NCBI GenBank assembly: GCA_010093815.1
Contig: ML996567.1
Source of the DNA: Pseudovirgaria hyperparasitica
Lineage: Eukaryota
Length of the DNA stretch: 64,000 bases
Reading direction: 5' to 3' (one strand)
Shown here piece after piece: positions 23,760 through 37,400 of this stretch. The position numbers were made by a program, and so were the translations under genes. Within the stretch, counting starts at the first letter, position 1; every line of letters starts with the position of its first letter. A model generated the notes under the pieces. It was not told the DNA's origin, searched no databases, and saw nothing but the letters and a program-made list of their open reading frames with translations.

Positions 23760-24657
23760 AACATTCAACCTTTCTGCCGCACTCTACAGAAAGATCTCAG
23801 CATACAATCCTAGCATATAAACATCGCATGTCGCACTCAAGCATTGTTGTCTAGCGCTTTTCGCCATCAACATCAGTATTCGGCGTTCTCACAGGGTTCA
23901 GCATCGCACTTTGCATCACGGTAGATATACACGCACATAGAAGCATCGCATATCTTGAAAAGCAGATCCTAGCAAATGATATCAAGGAATCTCATTAAAT
24001 CTCTCGCGTATACAGAGGTTTCAGATCATCTGTATTTGTCTCACAACTAACATCTCCGCATTGCATATGTGTATTCTGGCCACGTCCACAAGATCTGTCA
24101 GCTGATACTAAGTTACAAACCTCCTATGTCTACGAACCTCCCAACTCCAATCAAGGGGCTTCTGACATCACAATATATCACCATTGAGCTAAACAGACAC
24201 TCGTTGAACTCCCCGCATGCACACCCGACCCATCACAAGCACACGCGGTCTTTACCAGATCTCTCGTCTCCATCAAAGAGTCCTCGATAATTGACATCAA
24301 TCCAGACCCCCAAGAAAACACAGATACTTGCTGTTTTGTCGTTATAGTGACGGGAAGAATACACATGTATATGTTGTCGTCATAATACACTTGACCTCTG
24401 CAATAGATCTATGTTTTCTCTCCTTCTTATTCCTGTTCTGACCCTTTGGTAATAGACACAGTCGTTCCGGTATTGCTTGGGTCTGTATACCTGCTCTTGA
24501 CAGCGGCTGTGTTGTTAAGGAGGAGTGTGATTGATGGGATCAAACTCTGGTATTTCGGTACAATATGATACAAGCCATTTCTGAACCCCAACACTCCTCT
24601 CCCGGTCCCCCATCGCCTGATTTTCCCCAACGCTGACACTGACACCAAAGCTCATAC

Positions 24658-26631
24658 TCATGCAACCCCCAAGACCCCGACCACCAGCATCACACCCAAC
24701 AGCAGCAGCAATCTCCCCACCTCCAACACCGACGACGCAGCACTCTCGGGGGAAGGCATAGCAGACGGCGACGGTACGGCTACACTGTCCATCGGCGTCC
24801 CGCTGCCATTAACAACACGGATACGGCCCTCAATCTCGATGTTGATGGGCGAGTGAGCTTGGACGTAGTTCGTGAGGACGACGTCTTGCGTGTCGAGCAC
24901 GACGAGGTTGGTAGTAGGTGTGAAGATGTTATCGCCGCCTGGGAAATAAAGACGTATGGTTAGTATATTAAGGGGTGCGATGATTTGTACGCTTCGAAGA
25001 GGAGAAGAAAGGGAGAAAGAAAGAACGACTCACCACCAGCCAAGAAATCCAGCGTGACAAGCGTATACTCAGCGCTCTTATCCAACGGCTTCCCACCAAT
25101 CGTAACACGCACCAGTCGCTTCCCAGGCTCGTTGCCCGGGTTATACTCAACCACGATCCCGGCGCTGACCTGGAAGAAGCTTGTCACAGGCGCGCCATTG
25201 GCGGTGTTTGTGCCGGACACGATGCCCTCAAGGGTATCCCAGAGGGCGTTGCCGCGCAGCTTCAGGTCGACGATGGCGTTGCCAAAGGGAAACGCAGTGA
25301 GGATTTCGCCGCGCGTGATGGGCCCCTGGTCGATGGGCGCGCGGACACCGCCGGCGTTGATGAGTGCGAAATTCACGCTGGAATCGGACGATTCGTTGCG
25401 GCGGTATGCGAGCATGGCGTCGCACATGACATCGCCGAGGGTGCATTCTGCGGTCTTGCAGTTTGCCTGCTCGAGCGTGACGGAGGACTGGCCGACGACC
25501 TCGGCGGCGAACTTCTCGAAGGGGCCGCGCCATTGCTTGACTTGTGCCTTGAGGGAGTCGTCTTGCTGGGTTTGGTTGGTGAGGTGGATGGGCGCGCCGT
25601 GGTAGGCGAGGATCTTGCCGTCTGGGGCGTATGTCACGTCGATGTAGCCCAGATACTCGCCCCAGCGGTACGCCGTGACGATAAAGACCTCGTCGCCGTC
25701 TTTGTTGTGCGCGATGGTCGGGTACGGGCCCTTTGCGCCTTCGAAGTCGCCCAGGGGTGTATGGCTGTGGCCGCCCATGATCAGGAATAGCCCTGTCGTC
25801 GCCTCGGCCAGCCGCTTGTCCTCTTCATATCCAATATGCGTCAGGGCCGCGATGCGCACCACACCCGTCGTGGCACGGATATGATCGACCGTATCCTGCA
25901 CCGTCTTCACGACGTCCAGAAACACAGTGCCATTTCCAGGCTTCGAGATGCTAGGCGTCGTCGCAGTCGTCACGCCAATCACCGCCAGCTTCTTCTCCTC
26001 AAACACCACGTACGGCCGGATCGTCGCGTTCAGCACCGGGTGCGTGGACCGCACATTCGCCGACACAATCGGGAACGTCAGATTCGCCAGAAACGCTCCC
26101 AGCGCACTGTCGCCGCCGTCAAACTCATGGTTACCCAACGTCATCGCGTCGACGCCGAGCTGGTTCAGCGTCGCCGCAATCTTCTCGCCGCCGTAGTACG
26201 TGTAGAAGAGCGTGCCCTGGAACTCGTCGCCGGCGTTGAGGAAGAGGCTGTCAGCGTGCTGCGGGCGCAACGTGTCGAGCGTGTGCTTGATGCGTGCCGC
26301 ACCCCCGTAGCAGCCACGCTCTGGATGAGTGCAGTCGGTGCCCGAGGTGCTGAACTCGTCGAGATGCGCGTGTACATCGTTGATATGGAAGAATGCTGCG
26401 AGTAGGCATGTTAGCTATGCTGTGACTGCTGCGGTCATGTGGCGGGAATGACAACGTACAGATATTGTAGTTCCCATCTTGATCCAGGCCTCGTTTCCCG
26501 AGCGTTGATGCTCCGACCCGTTTGCTCAACAGCACATCCTCCGCGCCCACACCATCTCCAGCCAGAAGCGCAACGATAATAAAAGACGCAAAGAGCGCCT
26601 TGATGATGACCAAGAGGACAGGAAACACCAT
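24658..26631 (-). CDS. Secreted, probably GPI-anchored 5'-nucleotidase/apyrase-family metallophosphoesterase; exons 26631..26460, 26395..25034, 24938..24658
   Basis: Hydrophobic signal peptide and dibasic KR sites. Metallophosphoesterase motifs HINDVH, NAGDEFQG, LGNHEFD, THIG and GGHSH, plus C-domain motifs INAGGVR, FPFGN and DFLAGGGD. Ser/Pro spacer followed by a hydrophobic C-terminal tail. Confidence 0.88.
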
Positions 26632-27235
26632 ATTGCCTCCCTCAGACCGCATATGTCAACGATCACCTCGAGGGGGGTCAAATCTCAACATTCACGTTCC
26701 TCAAGCGGCTTTTTATATTCCATCGCCATGCTCACGCGCTTATCGCCCCCTCAACACGGCAACAGGCACAGACAGTGACAAGAACGCTGGCCCCACTGCG
26801 AGGTATTACGTACCCAATCGTCACGACCGAGAGACGAATCAAGGTGGTGCCATTGCGTCCAAGAGTCTTGTGGACGGGCCAAGATACTTGGCAGATAACC
26901 ATCACGTGATGAGTGAATTGATAGGGATCATGGAACGTAGGCCATTTATAGATATTGTAGTCGATTATGTACCACCGACAAGTGTTCTGCTTCAGCTACG
27001 CAGACCCGAATTAGGGGAGAGGAAAAGCGGAGAAGTTGAAAAAAAAGTAGAACGGACTTGCACTGCTGCAATAAATCTAATCTCCTACTTTAACTACTTT
27101 CCCCCTCTATCTACCGCCCGATCCTTCGCACAGAGTTATACATCAGCGCCGGCTCCTACCCCGGCGCAGGATATCAAAAGAGTTGCTTTCGCTCACACAC
27201 AACGGATAGATTACATGAAGAGTTGTAGACGGGGC

Positions 27236-30200
27236 TTAGAAAGACGCGACGGCAATAGCAATGGCCTGTTGGTCGCTATGGCTGATGCTGACGCTCACGC
27301 TCTTCACGCCGGCTTTCTTTGCAGCTGCGCTGGCAGCACCATGTAACTGTTTTATGCATTAGTATGTTCTAAAGTTAGGACACTGAGATAGTACTTACGG
27401 TAACAACTGGGGCGCCTTTGTCATCGTTGGTGATTTCAATCTCAGCAAGCGGTGCGCCCGCACCCTTGCCTTCAACACCAAGAGACTTGAATACAGCTTC
27501 CTTTGCACTCCACCGACCTGCGAAAGAGGCACGCGTCGATGGTGCTTTGCGGCAGTATGCCTGTTCTGATGGTGTGAAATTCCGCGTGACGAATGTCTCG
27601 TTTTCGATTGGTATGGCGTCGATACTTTCCACGTCAACGCCAATCCTGGTGTTTTCTGTTGCCGTGGCCTTGGCGAGAGACTCGACCATCTTTCGCGTTT
27701 CTTCGGTCCTCTCGTCCTTGGTTGGCTTTGGCGCCTTTGAGGGGTATAAGAAGTCGCCGGACTTCTTGTCCGTCGCGACACGTGCTGATGGGTTAAGGAA
27801 TACCTCGCTTTGCTGGGCATCTTCGTAAGGCGACTTGTTCTTCGCACGGAACATTGTGTTATTAATGAGACCGTCATGATAGTAGCGATAAGCTTTCTTC
27901 TGCCTGGACTCCACCTTTTGCTTGTATGTCTGGTACTGGGTGTGATCAAGAGTAGCGAAGAGGTACTTGGGGTGAATACCAATAGCTTGGGCTCCCTTTT
28001 GACCAAAGCCGAACGAGGTAACTGAAAACGCCTTGACGCCGTCCGTTTGAATCGACCGGCTCGGATACACAATGTAATCAAATTTCTCCATGACTTTGTC
28101 GACGTTGTCGGCATTGCGGTTACCAGGAACCAGACCGCTATTGAGAACTTGTAGGCAACCGTTAAACATCCATGCACCCGCTGCACCCTTGGGGTGACCT
28201 GTGAGATATTTCTGGAAGATACCGAGCATGGCATTGCCCTTCTTGCGTCCGAGATGCTTCATCTGTTGGCACAGGACATCCGACTCATTCTTGTCATTGG
28301 CGACAGTGGATGTACCATGGAACGAAGCAACTCCGAGATCATCGATGGTCAAACCCCAAGTGGCAAGTGCGCCACGAAGAGGTGCAATGCGTTCGTCTTG
28401 TTTCCAGAAATTGTTGCCCAAGCTGTACAGCGCATCTTTCTCTTGTCGCTTGGCTTCTCGCTCGATATGGCCGGCACGTTCTTGCATATACTCCGACTCG
28501 TCAAACTTCTCGCCTTGTGTCTTCATCGCCGCAACTTCCTCTTGCAGGTACATGAATTCAGACTCCTGCCACTGTTTGATCTGCTTGCGACGGAGCTCCA
28601 TCTGCCTCTTACGATATTTGATATCGAGCAGAGGTGATGGGAACTTCGACTTGACCTCCCGAGCTGTCGTGAGGACACCCTGACCTGGCGCAGGGACAGA
28701 GCGTCCAATTTTATCAGTCGCAGTCGCAGTGAAACCCAGAATACCATAGATTGGAACACCCATATCCAAGGCTAGCTGAGCATCCATTATGACTTGCATA
28801 CCACAACCTTGAGATTCCATGAAGCCGTTACGAGTAGTGGTAGTAGGTCTCGACATTTCTTTGGGAGTTCTGCCGTGAGCGAATTCATCCTCGGCGTTGC
28901 TAGTAGCCTTCATGTTGGCGAATTCGTAAGAACCTTCCTCTTGGAAATCATCGAATCCGCCGACAAAGCAGATACGAGCCTTGCCTTCGACGATAGTATC
29001 ATAGCCGATGTCAATAGACTCGACAGCTGTGGCACAAGCACCGACTGGCGTCTTAATGGGACCCGTCGATGAGAGGAGCAACATGTTGACCCAGGCGCTC
29101 ATGGTGTTGATGAAAGACTCCTGAAGGATGTCCTTCTGCAGCGGCTTATCTAAGAAACGGTCCTTGTACATGCCACGCAGAGCAGTAGTGCCACCAATAC
29201 CGGAGCCTATGCAGTTTCCAACTTGGGAGATGTGGACATATTGATAGAATTCATACGGGTCAGTAACACCAGACGATAGTAGGGCTTCCGCAGTGGATAC
29301 GAGCACGAATAGTGTGACTGGATCGACCTGCGAAATGATGTCGTCTTCGATACCATATTTCTTTGCGTCCCAACCAGTCGGTATTTGCCCAGCAACAAGA
29401 CGATCGAATCGTAGGGCCTTTGGAATGAGGAGCGTAGCACCCTTCTTGAGACGAACAGTGTATTCTCCTGAATCGGCGATCTCGAAGATCTCAACTTTGT
29501 CGCCGTGCTCCCGCTTGAATTCCTCGGCAGTTTCCTTTGATGATTCAAATGGGTCTAGATCTTCTTCAATTTGGATCTCTTGCATAAGCTGCTTCTTTGT
29601 GGGATCGTAGCCCCTGAAAAGCTCAGGCTCAATCAAGCGAATGCCGGAATGTTCGAGAATGTACTTCTCATACTTCTGCTTTACGTCTTTGTCGTCAACT
29701 GGTTCGCCAGTTTTGCCGTCTACCCATCCAGAATAACTCTTGCCTTTAAGCGGGCCGTTATGATTCTTGATAAGACCCATGATCCACGCCATCTCGACGC
29801 ACCCTTCAAGAGAGAATTGGCCATAAGCTTCCATTTCCCAGCGAGTCCTGGAGTTACCCCAAGGCCCAACTTCAGCAAAACCTGTGACAACAACAATTTT
29901 CTCTAGATCGACCATGCCCTTCAGGTTTTCGTTCAAAGGCTTTACTTCAGTCTCCCAATCTGGGACTTGGGGAAAGTCGAACTTGAGATTGGCTCTGGGT
30001 TGGATTGTGACTTTCTTGTATAACGCCTCGCTATCCTCTCCATTAACGATCTTGTTCTCGATAGCGTTCTCCTTAGTAACGGCGTTGCGGATCTCGGCAG
30101 TTTCTGTAAAGTCCTTCCTAAGGTCGGTCATTAGGTCTTTGAGGTTGGGAATATACTGGAAACCGCCGTTAAGATCTGCCCATACTGGTTCGACTTGGCA

Positions 30201-32943
30201 TAAGTTGACAATTGGAGGAGCCATTAGACCAAGCAAATTGAAAGCCATCTCTTGCTGCGAGAACGTCCTGACACCGTACTTCTCAATGCCTTCGGCAACG
30301 ACGTTATTTCCGGCCATGAGACCAGTACCGCGAGTCCATCCAATGATGGCACCGCAAATGGTCAAATAGCTGCCCCAGCTCTCCGAATGCCACCTGCTGA
30401 ATAAAGTCTCAAGCGCGATCTTAGACTCGGCATATAGACCATCATTACCGAAAGTTCCGTGGTTAGGAGACAACGGCAGAATGACCTGGGCGGGCCGAGT
30501 CTGATAGGAGTTGTCAAACTTCTTTGTCTTGACGGCACCAAGTAAGCGCAGCAGATTGGTAAGCATGATACGATGTGCAAGCTCAGACTTGGAATCGATA
30601 CCATCGATCTCACGACCGTTTTCGGAGATCGCGGCGAAAGGAACAACAAAATCTAGGTCCCAACCAAGACCCTTCTTGGTGTCGTAAATGTAGTCGACCA
30701 GAGCGTCCACATCTTGCTTGCTGCCTTGGTTGAAGGGAACAACAATCAACTGCGATCCACGAGCACCATATCTGGTATACATTGATTGGTAGTACTCGTT
30801 GACTTCACGCGAGAATCGACTTGTGGTGACAACGACCTTGGCGCCACCACTGATCAGGCCCTGCAAGACCTCTGCGCCAATGGATCCAGCGCCAGCTCCA
30901 GTCATCAGGACATTTTTGCCAGCAAAGCTGACACCGTCCTTTGCTGCATGCTCAAGCGCATCGAGGTAGATGCCTGTCAGCTTCTTGCTGTATTCCCATC
31001 CGTGGTCATCTTTTCTCTTCAGATGCAAGAACGGAATCGTCTCAACCTTGCCTTGCTTAAGCTGAGGAATACGGCCATTTCGGCCTTTCTTTGCGTGACC
31101 ATTCATCATCTTGCCATTGCCGTTTTCTTGGGGCATTATTTGACCCTCATTCATTGACAATGAACGGATGACATTGCTGTAGAGAGACTTGATCTGTAGT
31201 TGAGAGGACTTGGACAGCTTATGTTGCTGGCGAATGAGCTTGTATATGCGCTGGAGATCGTTTTGGACTTTAGTGCGGTTGCCGTACTCAGAAAGCTTTC
31301 CACCTTCAGCCATTTCCCTCACGTAATGCTCAAGCTTCCTGACACTAGCTCTAGGAACCTCGCTGTAATTCATATTTCCACGAGCATCAATCTCGAGATG
31401 CGGTGCTGTTGGAACTGCTACATCCTTGTAAACAGGGTTTGCGTCCAACACATCCTTGCAGTTCTCGATCAACTGCTCTCCTAGCTCTTTAGCGAGTTCA
31501 TAAGTCTCGCCACGGTCAGTCGGGCAGTGATCGATGTGGTACTGCATAAATTCTAGTAGGACAGGGTTCGATCGATTCATGATCTGTATACATCGACTGA
31601 CAATTTCGCGGTCAACTGCCTTCAGTCGACCGAAAATGATGTCATAGTACATGCTCAAGGCATCTTGACGTGCCCAATTCCACGAAGAATCGTATACGCG
31701 AGCTTTGAGAGGGGTGAAGGATGGCTCGATGCCACTAGCGTAGAATTCACCGTGTTCCGCATTCCAGAGATCGAGTTGTGCCTGCAATGCATTGGCAGTT
31801 TTCTGAGCACCAACGAAAGCCTTGTCACCCGCACGCAAATCCATTTTCAAGTAACGTGCCTGGAGTTCTAATTGTTGCTTTACGAATGCCTTCTGGTCTT
31901 TAGTCAGAGCATCCAGTGCAGCAGGATCCATCATCATGCCGCCGCCAGAGCCACCGGCGTCACCGCCAGCGGCCGGTGATGACAGGTTGACACCAGCATG
32001 AGCAGCGTATTTGTTGGCCATGTCGTCGAGCCACGATTTGGCATCATTTTCTGATCCTAGACGTGAAGCAGGCTCGGCTGTCAGGGCCAACAAGAGGACG
32101 CCATCCTGTCGACCCGATTGGAGTCCCCATCTTGTTTCCAAGTATTTTCGGACAGCTGTAATGTTGAAACCACCAGGCATTTTGGAAGACACCATTCTTG
32201 CAATAAGCGAAGAAGATTGTTTGCCGAGTTGGCCATTGAATGTTGCTTGCATAGATCCACCGAGTTCGTCGAGAGGGGTGTCTTCTGGCTTCTCGGGTGT
32301 TGATCCGAACTCTTTCCCCAAGTCACCTAGAATCTCGTTTTGCAAGGTGGACTTGCCTGAGCGGGGTTGTCAGTCTCACTCGATGTTTCCATACCATCAA
32401 GGATTACTCACCTCCTACCAAGTCTTTAATGGCTTTGCTCAGGGGAATATCAGTCAAGGCTTTCTTTAGCTTCTGCGCAACGAGAGATCGCAATATGTCG
32501 GTAGCAGAGACCGGAGCATCCTCCACAGATGCAGCAGGGCCAGAATTCGACGGCGGGGGAGCTGCCGCTGGCACTGCGGCCTGTGCTGGTTGTGAGGAGG
32601 ATGGTGTAGATGATGTAGGTGCTGACTCGCCCGAGCTCGCTGGCTCGGGTTCCTCTGCTATTGGATCTGCTGTGTAGTATATGTCTCTGGCATCCTTGTT
32701 GTAACAGAGAATGTCTCGAGAGACAGACTTGGCCGCGTCGTGGGCTTCGTATTTGGTGGCTAAAGTCCTCTTTGCCATCACACCAAGTGTGTCTGCCGGT
32801 CCAATCTCGACAATACGCTCTGTCGTTTTTTCGCCGAGGATGACATCTTGCGTTTCAATCCACCTCACAGGCGATGCAAATTGATATGCAAGGAGCTCCA
32901 CCAGGAGTGTATGGGAAAGCTCCTGCTCGACTTCGGGACGCAT
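27236..32943 (-). CDS. FAS2: Fatty acid synthase alpha subunit (ACP-KR-KS-PPT); exons 32943..32412, 32356..27399, 27346..27236
   Basis: [36 protein letters not shown] site [13 protein letters not shown] motif [11 protein letters not shown] motifs [13 protein letters not shown] and GHPKGAAG, and PPT domain GVDVE...WSAKEAVFK...SISHS. Confidence 0.98.
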
Positions 32944-34414
32944 GGTAAGGACGGTAGGACTACTTCTTGGTGGGTTTCGTGATTGGGGAGTATATAAGGG
33001 ATTGAAACTATGGCCTTGATCTCATGAGAGGGTGAGAGGGGAGAAAAGGGCGTGAGCTGAGCGGTAGGAGTCGTCCGGCTGCACGGGGGAAGAAAAGTAA
33101 GAGAATAATTGATGGGAGCAAATGATGGAGGTTGTGTATGAATCAATTACCTGATGCGCGGCAGGATGAAGGTGATACCAGGCAACAGGAATAATGACAG
33201 GCCTGTAACAGATTGTAGAGGAGGATGAGTGCTCGCTGAAATGGCGATAGTTGCGAGCGTTGAGAAGTTGTAGCCCAGCCAGGGTGTGCACTTTTTCCCA
33301 CGACTCGGCCACCCAACAACCGGGCCACAACGCACTAGCCACCAGTGCAGCTAGATTCCGCCTGCCCATCCCTGCAACATGGCGTCAAGCCTACTGTGCG
33401 GAATGCGGGATGGTTTGGGCGTCTACGTAGTGCTTTCGTGTGATGAGCATTGAGAATTATTTGGTTGAGTACCTCTCGAAATCCTCCTATCTCTAAGTTG
33501 CACGCGTGTTTTGCTGCTGCTGCTGATGTAGTGAATAACAATGGGCAGAACCAAGGAGGCTAGAAAACATGCCATTGCCAGCCCTATCAGGACCACAATA
33601 TTCTCGCGTAGCAATCGTTTCCACTTGTGTTAATCCCGTTTTCCCGCAGGTCCGCAGCAGGTGGCGCCACTGTAGAAATATTAAATTTCGTGTAATGAAT
33701 CGATACGAACACGGTGCCCCATATTTACTCTTGGATACCAATTCTTACTAAGAGCTGCTGGGAGGTAGAAATGCATCCCTAAATGGAAGTAGTGAAGCAA
33801 AATCAACGATACAGATGTAATATTATGCAGATACTTAGACTAGTGGGCTTTGTTCTTATCTGAAGCTTGGTCTGGATACGGAAAAGAAGATGACCTGAGC
33901 ATGAAATCCGAATATTACGATACGGGATATGCTAACCCCAGCTGACTGGGAAGTCCGCACTAGCGTGGAATCTACCCCAACAACACGCTCCCTGGCGCCT
34001 CAACCTGCAGCAACAATGCAGGTGAGGTTTGAGCACGGGCCCCCAAAATTTCAAGCTTCACCATCCACAACTGTGCCGACACATCGCCGCCTGTCCGCTT
34101 GCTGAGAAGATTACGCCTCCTCCAATCCTCCTCAGCAGAAACTCTCACGCTGCCATCGACTTTCTAATCTCACCTTTCCTATCGCAATTGAGAAGCTTGC
34201 CCTCCTTCTCTCCAATTCATTACCTCTTCCTGCACACCACAGCTCCTCGTCCGACCAAAAAAATAGAGAAAGCTGCGAGAGCAGTCTACACGAAATTTCT
34301 CATCACACTTCATAGACCGTACGATTGAAGGTACTTAAAATTTCGCCTTCAGTCTGACATACACGCTTACACTTACATAGATCGCATACACCTGTGTTCC
34401 AAGCCTCGCACACC
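32944..34414. promoter_or_regulatory. Shared bidirectional promoter and 5' leaders of FAS2 and FAS1; probable FAS1 5'-UTR intron 34331..34380
   Basis: Head-to-head ATGs about 1.47 kb apart with pyrimidine-rich leaders on each gene's sense strand. GTACTT...CTTAC...TAG lies just upstream of the FAS1 ATG. Confidence 0.6.
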
Positions 34415-37400
34415 ATGTTCGGCTCAGGCCCTCAGACCGGCATTTCCACACCACGCTCTCAAGCGTCTCTTCGACCCCTCGTTCTATCACATGGCACCCT
34501 CGAATATACACTACTGATACCCACCGCTCTTCATTTCAATGCCTCCCAGCTGAAAGAAGGCTTCGATGCCACTCTTCCAGAACCAACCGACGAACTAGCG
34601 CAGGATGACGAGCCCTCATCCGTCACTGAGTTAGTAGCGCGATACCTGGGCCATTGTGCAAAGGAGGTGGACGAGGGTGATGATCCTGGCTCTTTCGAGG
34701 AGGTTCTCAAACTTGTCTTTAACGAGTTTGAAAGAGCTTTCCTACGTGGTAATGAAGTCCACGCGGTAGCCGCAACACTACCGGGAATTGAGCAGAAAAA
34801 GATTGTCACTGTCAAATCATACTACGCTGCACGGTCCGCTATAGACCGTCCGATAAAATTTCATGAGTCTGCGCTCTTCAGAGAAGTCTCGGATGAGAAT
34901 GCCTTTGTCTACGCTGTGTTTGGCGGTCAAGGAAACATCGAGGAATACTTCGACGAACTTCGCGAAATTCATACCACCTACCCGTCATTCACTGAAGACT
35001 TCATCGAGTCCGCCGCTCGCCACCTGCAACAGCTTTCGCGCGACCCTCGAGCAGAGAAGCTGTATGCGAAAGGGCTAGATGTTATGAGATGGCTTAACAA
35101 TAAGGAAGCGCAACCAGATATCGATTACCTGGTTTCTGCTCCTGTTAGTTTTCCTCTCATCGGGCTGACGCAGCTCGCGCACTACGTCGTGACGTGTAGA
35201 GTCATCGGTACTCATCCGGGCTACTTGAGAGAGCGATTGAGTGGGACTACGGGTCATTCCCAAGGTGTTGTGACTGCTGCCGCGATATCGTCTGCTAAGA
35301 ACTGGGAAACATTTGATGTTGCTGCACGTACGGCGCTCACTACTTTGTTCTGGATTGGATGCCGCAGTCAGCAGGCATACCCACGCACGTCACTTGCACC
35401 ATCAGTGCTGCAAGATTCGGAAGACAATGGCGAAGGAACCCCAACCCCAATGCTCTCGATTCGAGACCTCCCACGGTCAGCAGTACAGGCCCATATCGAC
35501 GCGACCAACGAGCATTTACCTACAGACCGACACATCGCCATCTCTCTTGTCAACAGTGCACGCAACTTCGTTGTCACTGGGCCACCAATCTCCCTGTATG
35601 GTCTGAATCTTCGTCTCCGCAAGACAAAGGCTCCCACAGGCTTGGACCAAACGCGTATTCCTTTTACGGATCGCAAAGTCCGCTTCGTCAATCGGTTCCT
35701 TCCCATTACCGCGCCATTCCATTCTCCATACCTCTCTGGTGCATACAAGCTAATCGAGGAGGATCTCAAAGATACTCATATCAGCAGAGAAAGCTTGGGT
35801 ATTCCTTTGTTCGACACGAATACTGGGGCCAACCTACAGAAGGCTAAATCATCAAACATCATTCCTGATCTTGTACGAATGATCACACAAGATCCTGTGA
35901 ACTGGGAAACAGCGACAAAATTCCTGAAGGCAACACATATTCTCGATTTCGGTCCCGGTGGCATATCTGGCCTCGGAGTTCTAACAAATCGCAACAAGGA
36001 TGGTACTGGAGTTCGGGTCATCTTGGCTGGTACTATCGATGGTACTAACGCCGAGGTTGGCTATAAGCCGGAGCTTTTCGACCGTGACGCTGAGCATGCC
36101 GTCAAATATGCCGTTGATTGGGTCAGAGAGCATGGGCCGAAGCTCGTTAAAACTTCTGCCGGACAGACTTTCGTAGACACCAAGATGAGCAGAATGCTTG
36201 GTCTACCGCCTATCATGGTTGCTGGTATGACTCCTACGACTGTGTGGCCAGAGTTCGTAGCTGCAACAATGAATGCAGGCTACGAGATCGAACTGGCTGG
36301 GGGTGGGTACTACAACGAAAAGAGCATGACTGAGGCGATCTCGAAGGTGGAAAAGTCCATTCCTCCAGGACGTGGTATCACTGTGAACCTTATCTATGTC
36401 AACCCCAGAGCCATGGGCTGGCAGATTCCAATGATCGCCAAGCTACGTGCCAGTGGCGTCCCTATTGAGGGACTCACGATTGGTGCTGGTGTCCCGTCTA
36501 TTGAAGTAGCAAACGAGTATATCGAGACTTTGGGCATTAAGCACATTGCCTTTAAACCAGGATCCTCGGAGGCGATCCAACAAGTCATCAATATCGCTAG
36601 AGCAAACCCTGCCTTCCCAGTCATCATGCAATGGACTGGTGGCCGTGGCGGTGGCCATCACTCATTTGAAGACTTCCACCAACCGATCCTGCAAATGTAC
36701 AGCCGGCTTCGAAAGTGTAGCAATTTGATTCTTGTAGCTGGTAGTGGATTTGGTGGGGCTGAAGACACTTACCCCTATCTCACGGGTGCTTGGTCAAAGA
36801 AATATGGTTATCCGCCTATGCCTTTCGATGGATGCATGTTCGGTAGTCGCATGATGACCGCGAAAGAGGCATTCACCTCCAAGAACGCGAAGCAGGCTAT
36901 CGTAGACGCTCCAGGCTTGGACGATTCTGAATGGGAGAAGACATACAAAGGCCCCGCCGGAGGCGTTATCACCGTTCGTTCCGAAATGGGCGAACCGATT
37001 CATAAACTTGCTACTAGGGGTGTTCAATTCTGGGCTGAGATGGATCAAAAGATTTTCAGTCTAGATAAAGCCAAACGCATCCCTGAACTCAAGAAAAACC
37101 GTGACTACATCATCAAGAAACTGAACGAAGACTTTCAGAAGGTCTGGTTTGGTCGCAACGCCGCAGGACAGTCTGTAGATCTTGAAGACATGACCTACGC
37201 AGAGGTCGTTCGGCGAATGGTTCATCTGATGTACGTCAAGCATGAGAAGCGCTGGATCGATAAGAGTTTAGCGAGACTGACTGGCGACTTCATTCGACGT
37301 GTTGAGGAACGGTTTTCGAGCGTGGGGAAGGAATCGCTTCTGCAAAGCTATTCTGAACTAGATGCTCCTTTTGAGACGGTGGAAAACATTTTAAAGGCAT

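Noticed and set aside
24985..26405. Multiple long antisense or alternative-frame ORFs over the 5'-nucleotidase (and similar ones over FAS1, FAS2 and BRL1)
   Set aside because: Expected shadows of GC-rich, codon-biased coding sequence, with no independent motifs.
26522..27346. 274-aa plus-strand ORF between the 5'-nucleotidase and FAS2
   Set aside because: It starts at TTG, overlaps both neighbours in antisense, and shows no recognisable motif or codon bias. Most likely a chance open frame, though RNA-seq could test this.
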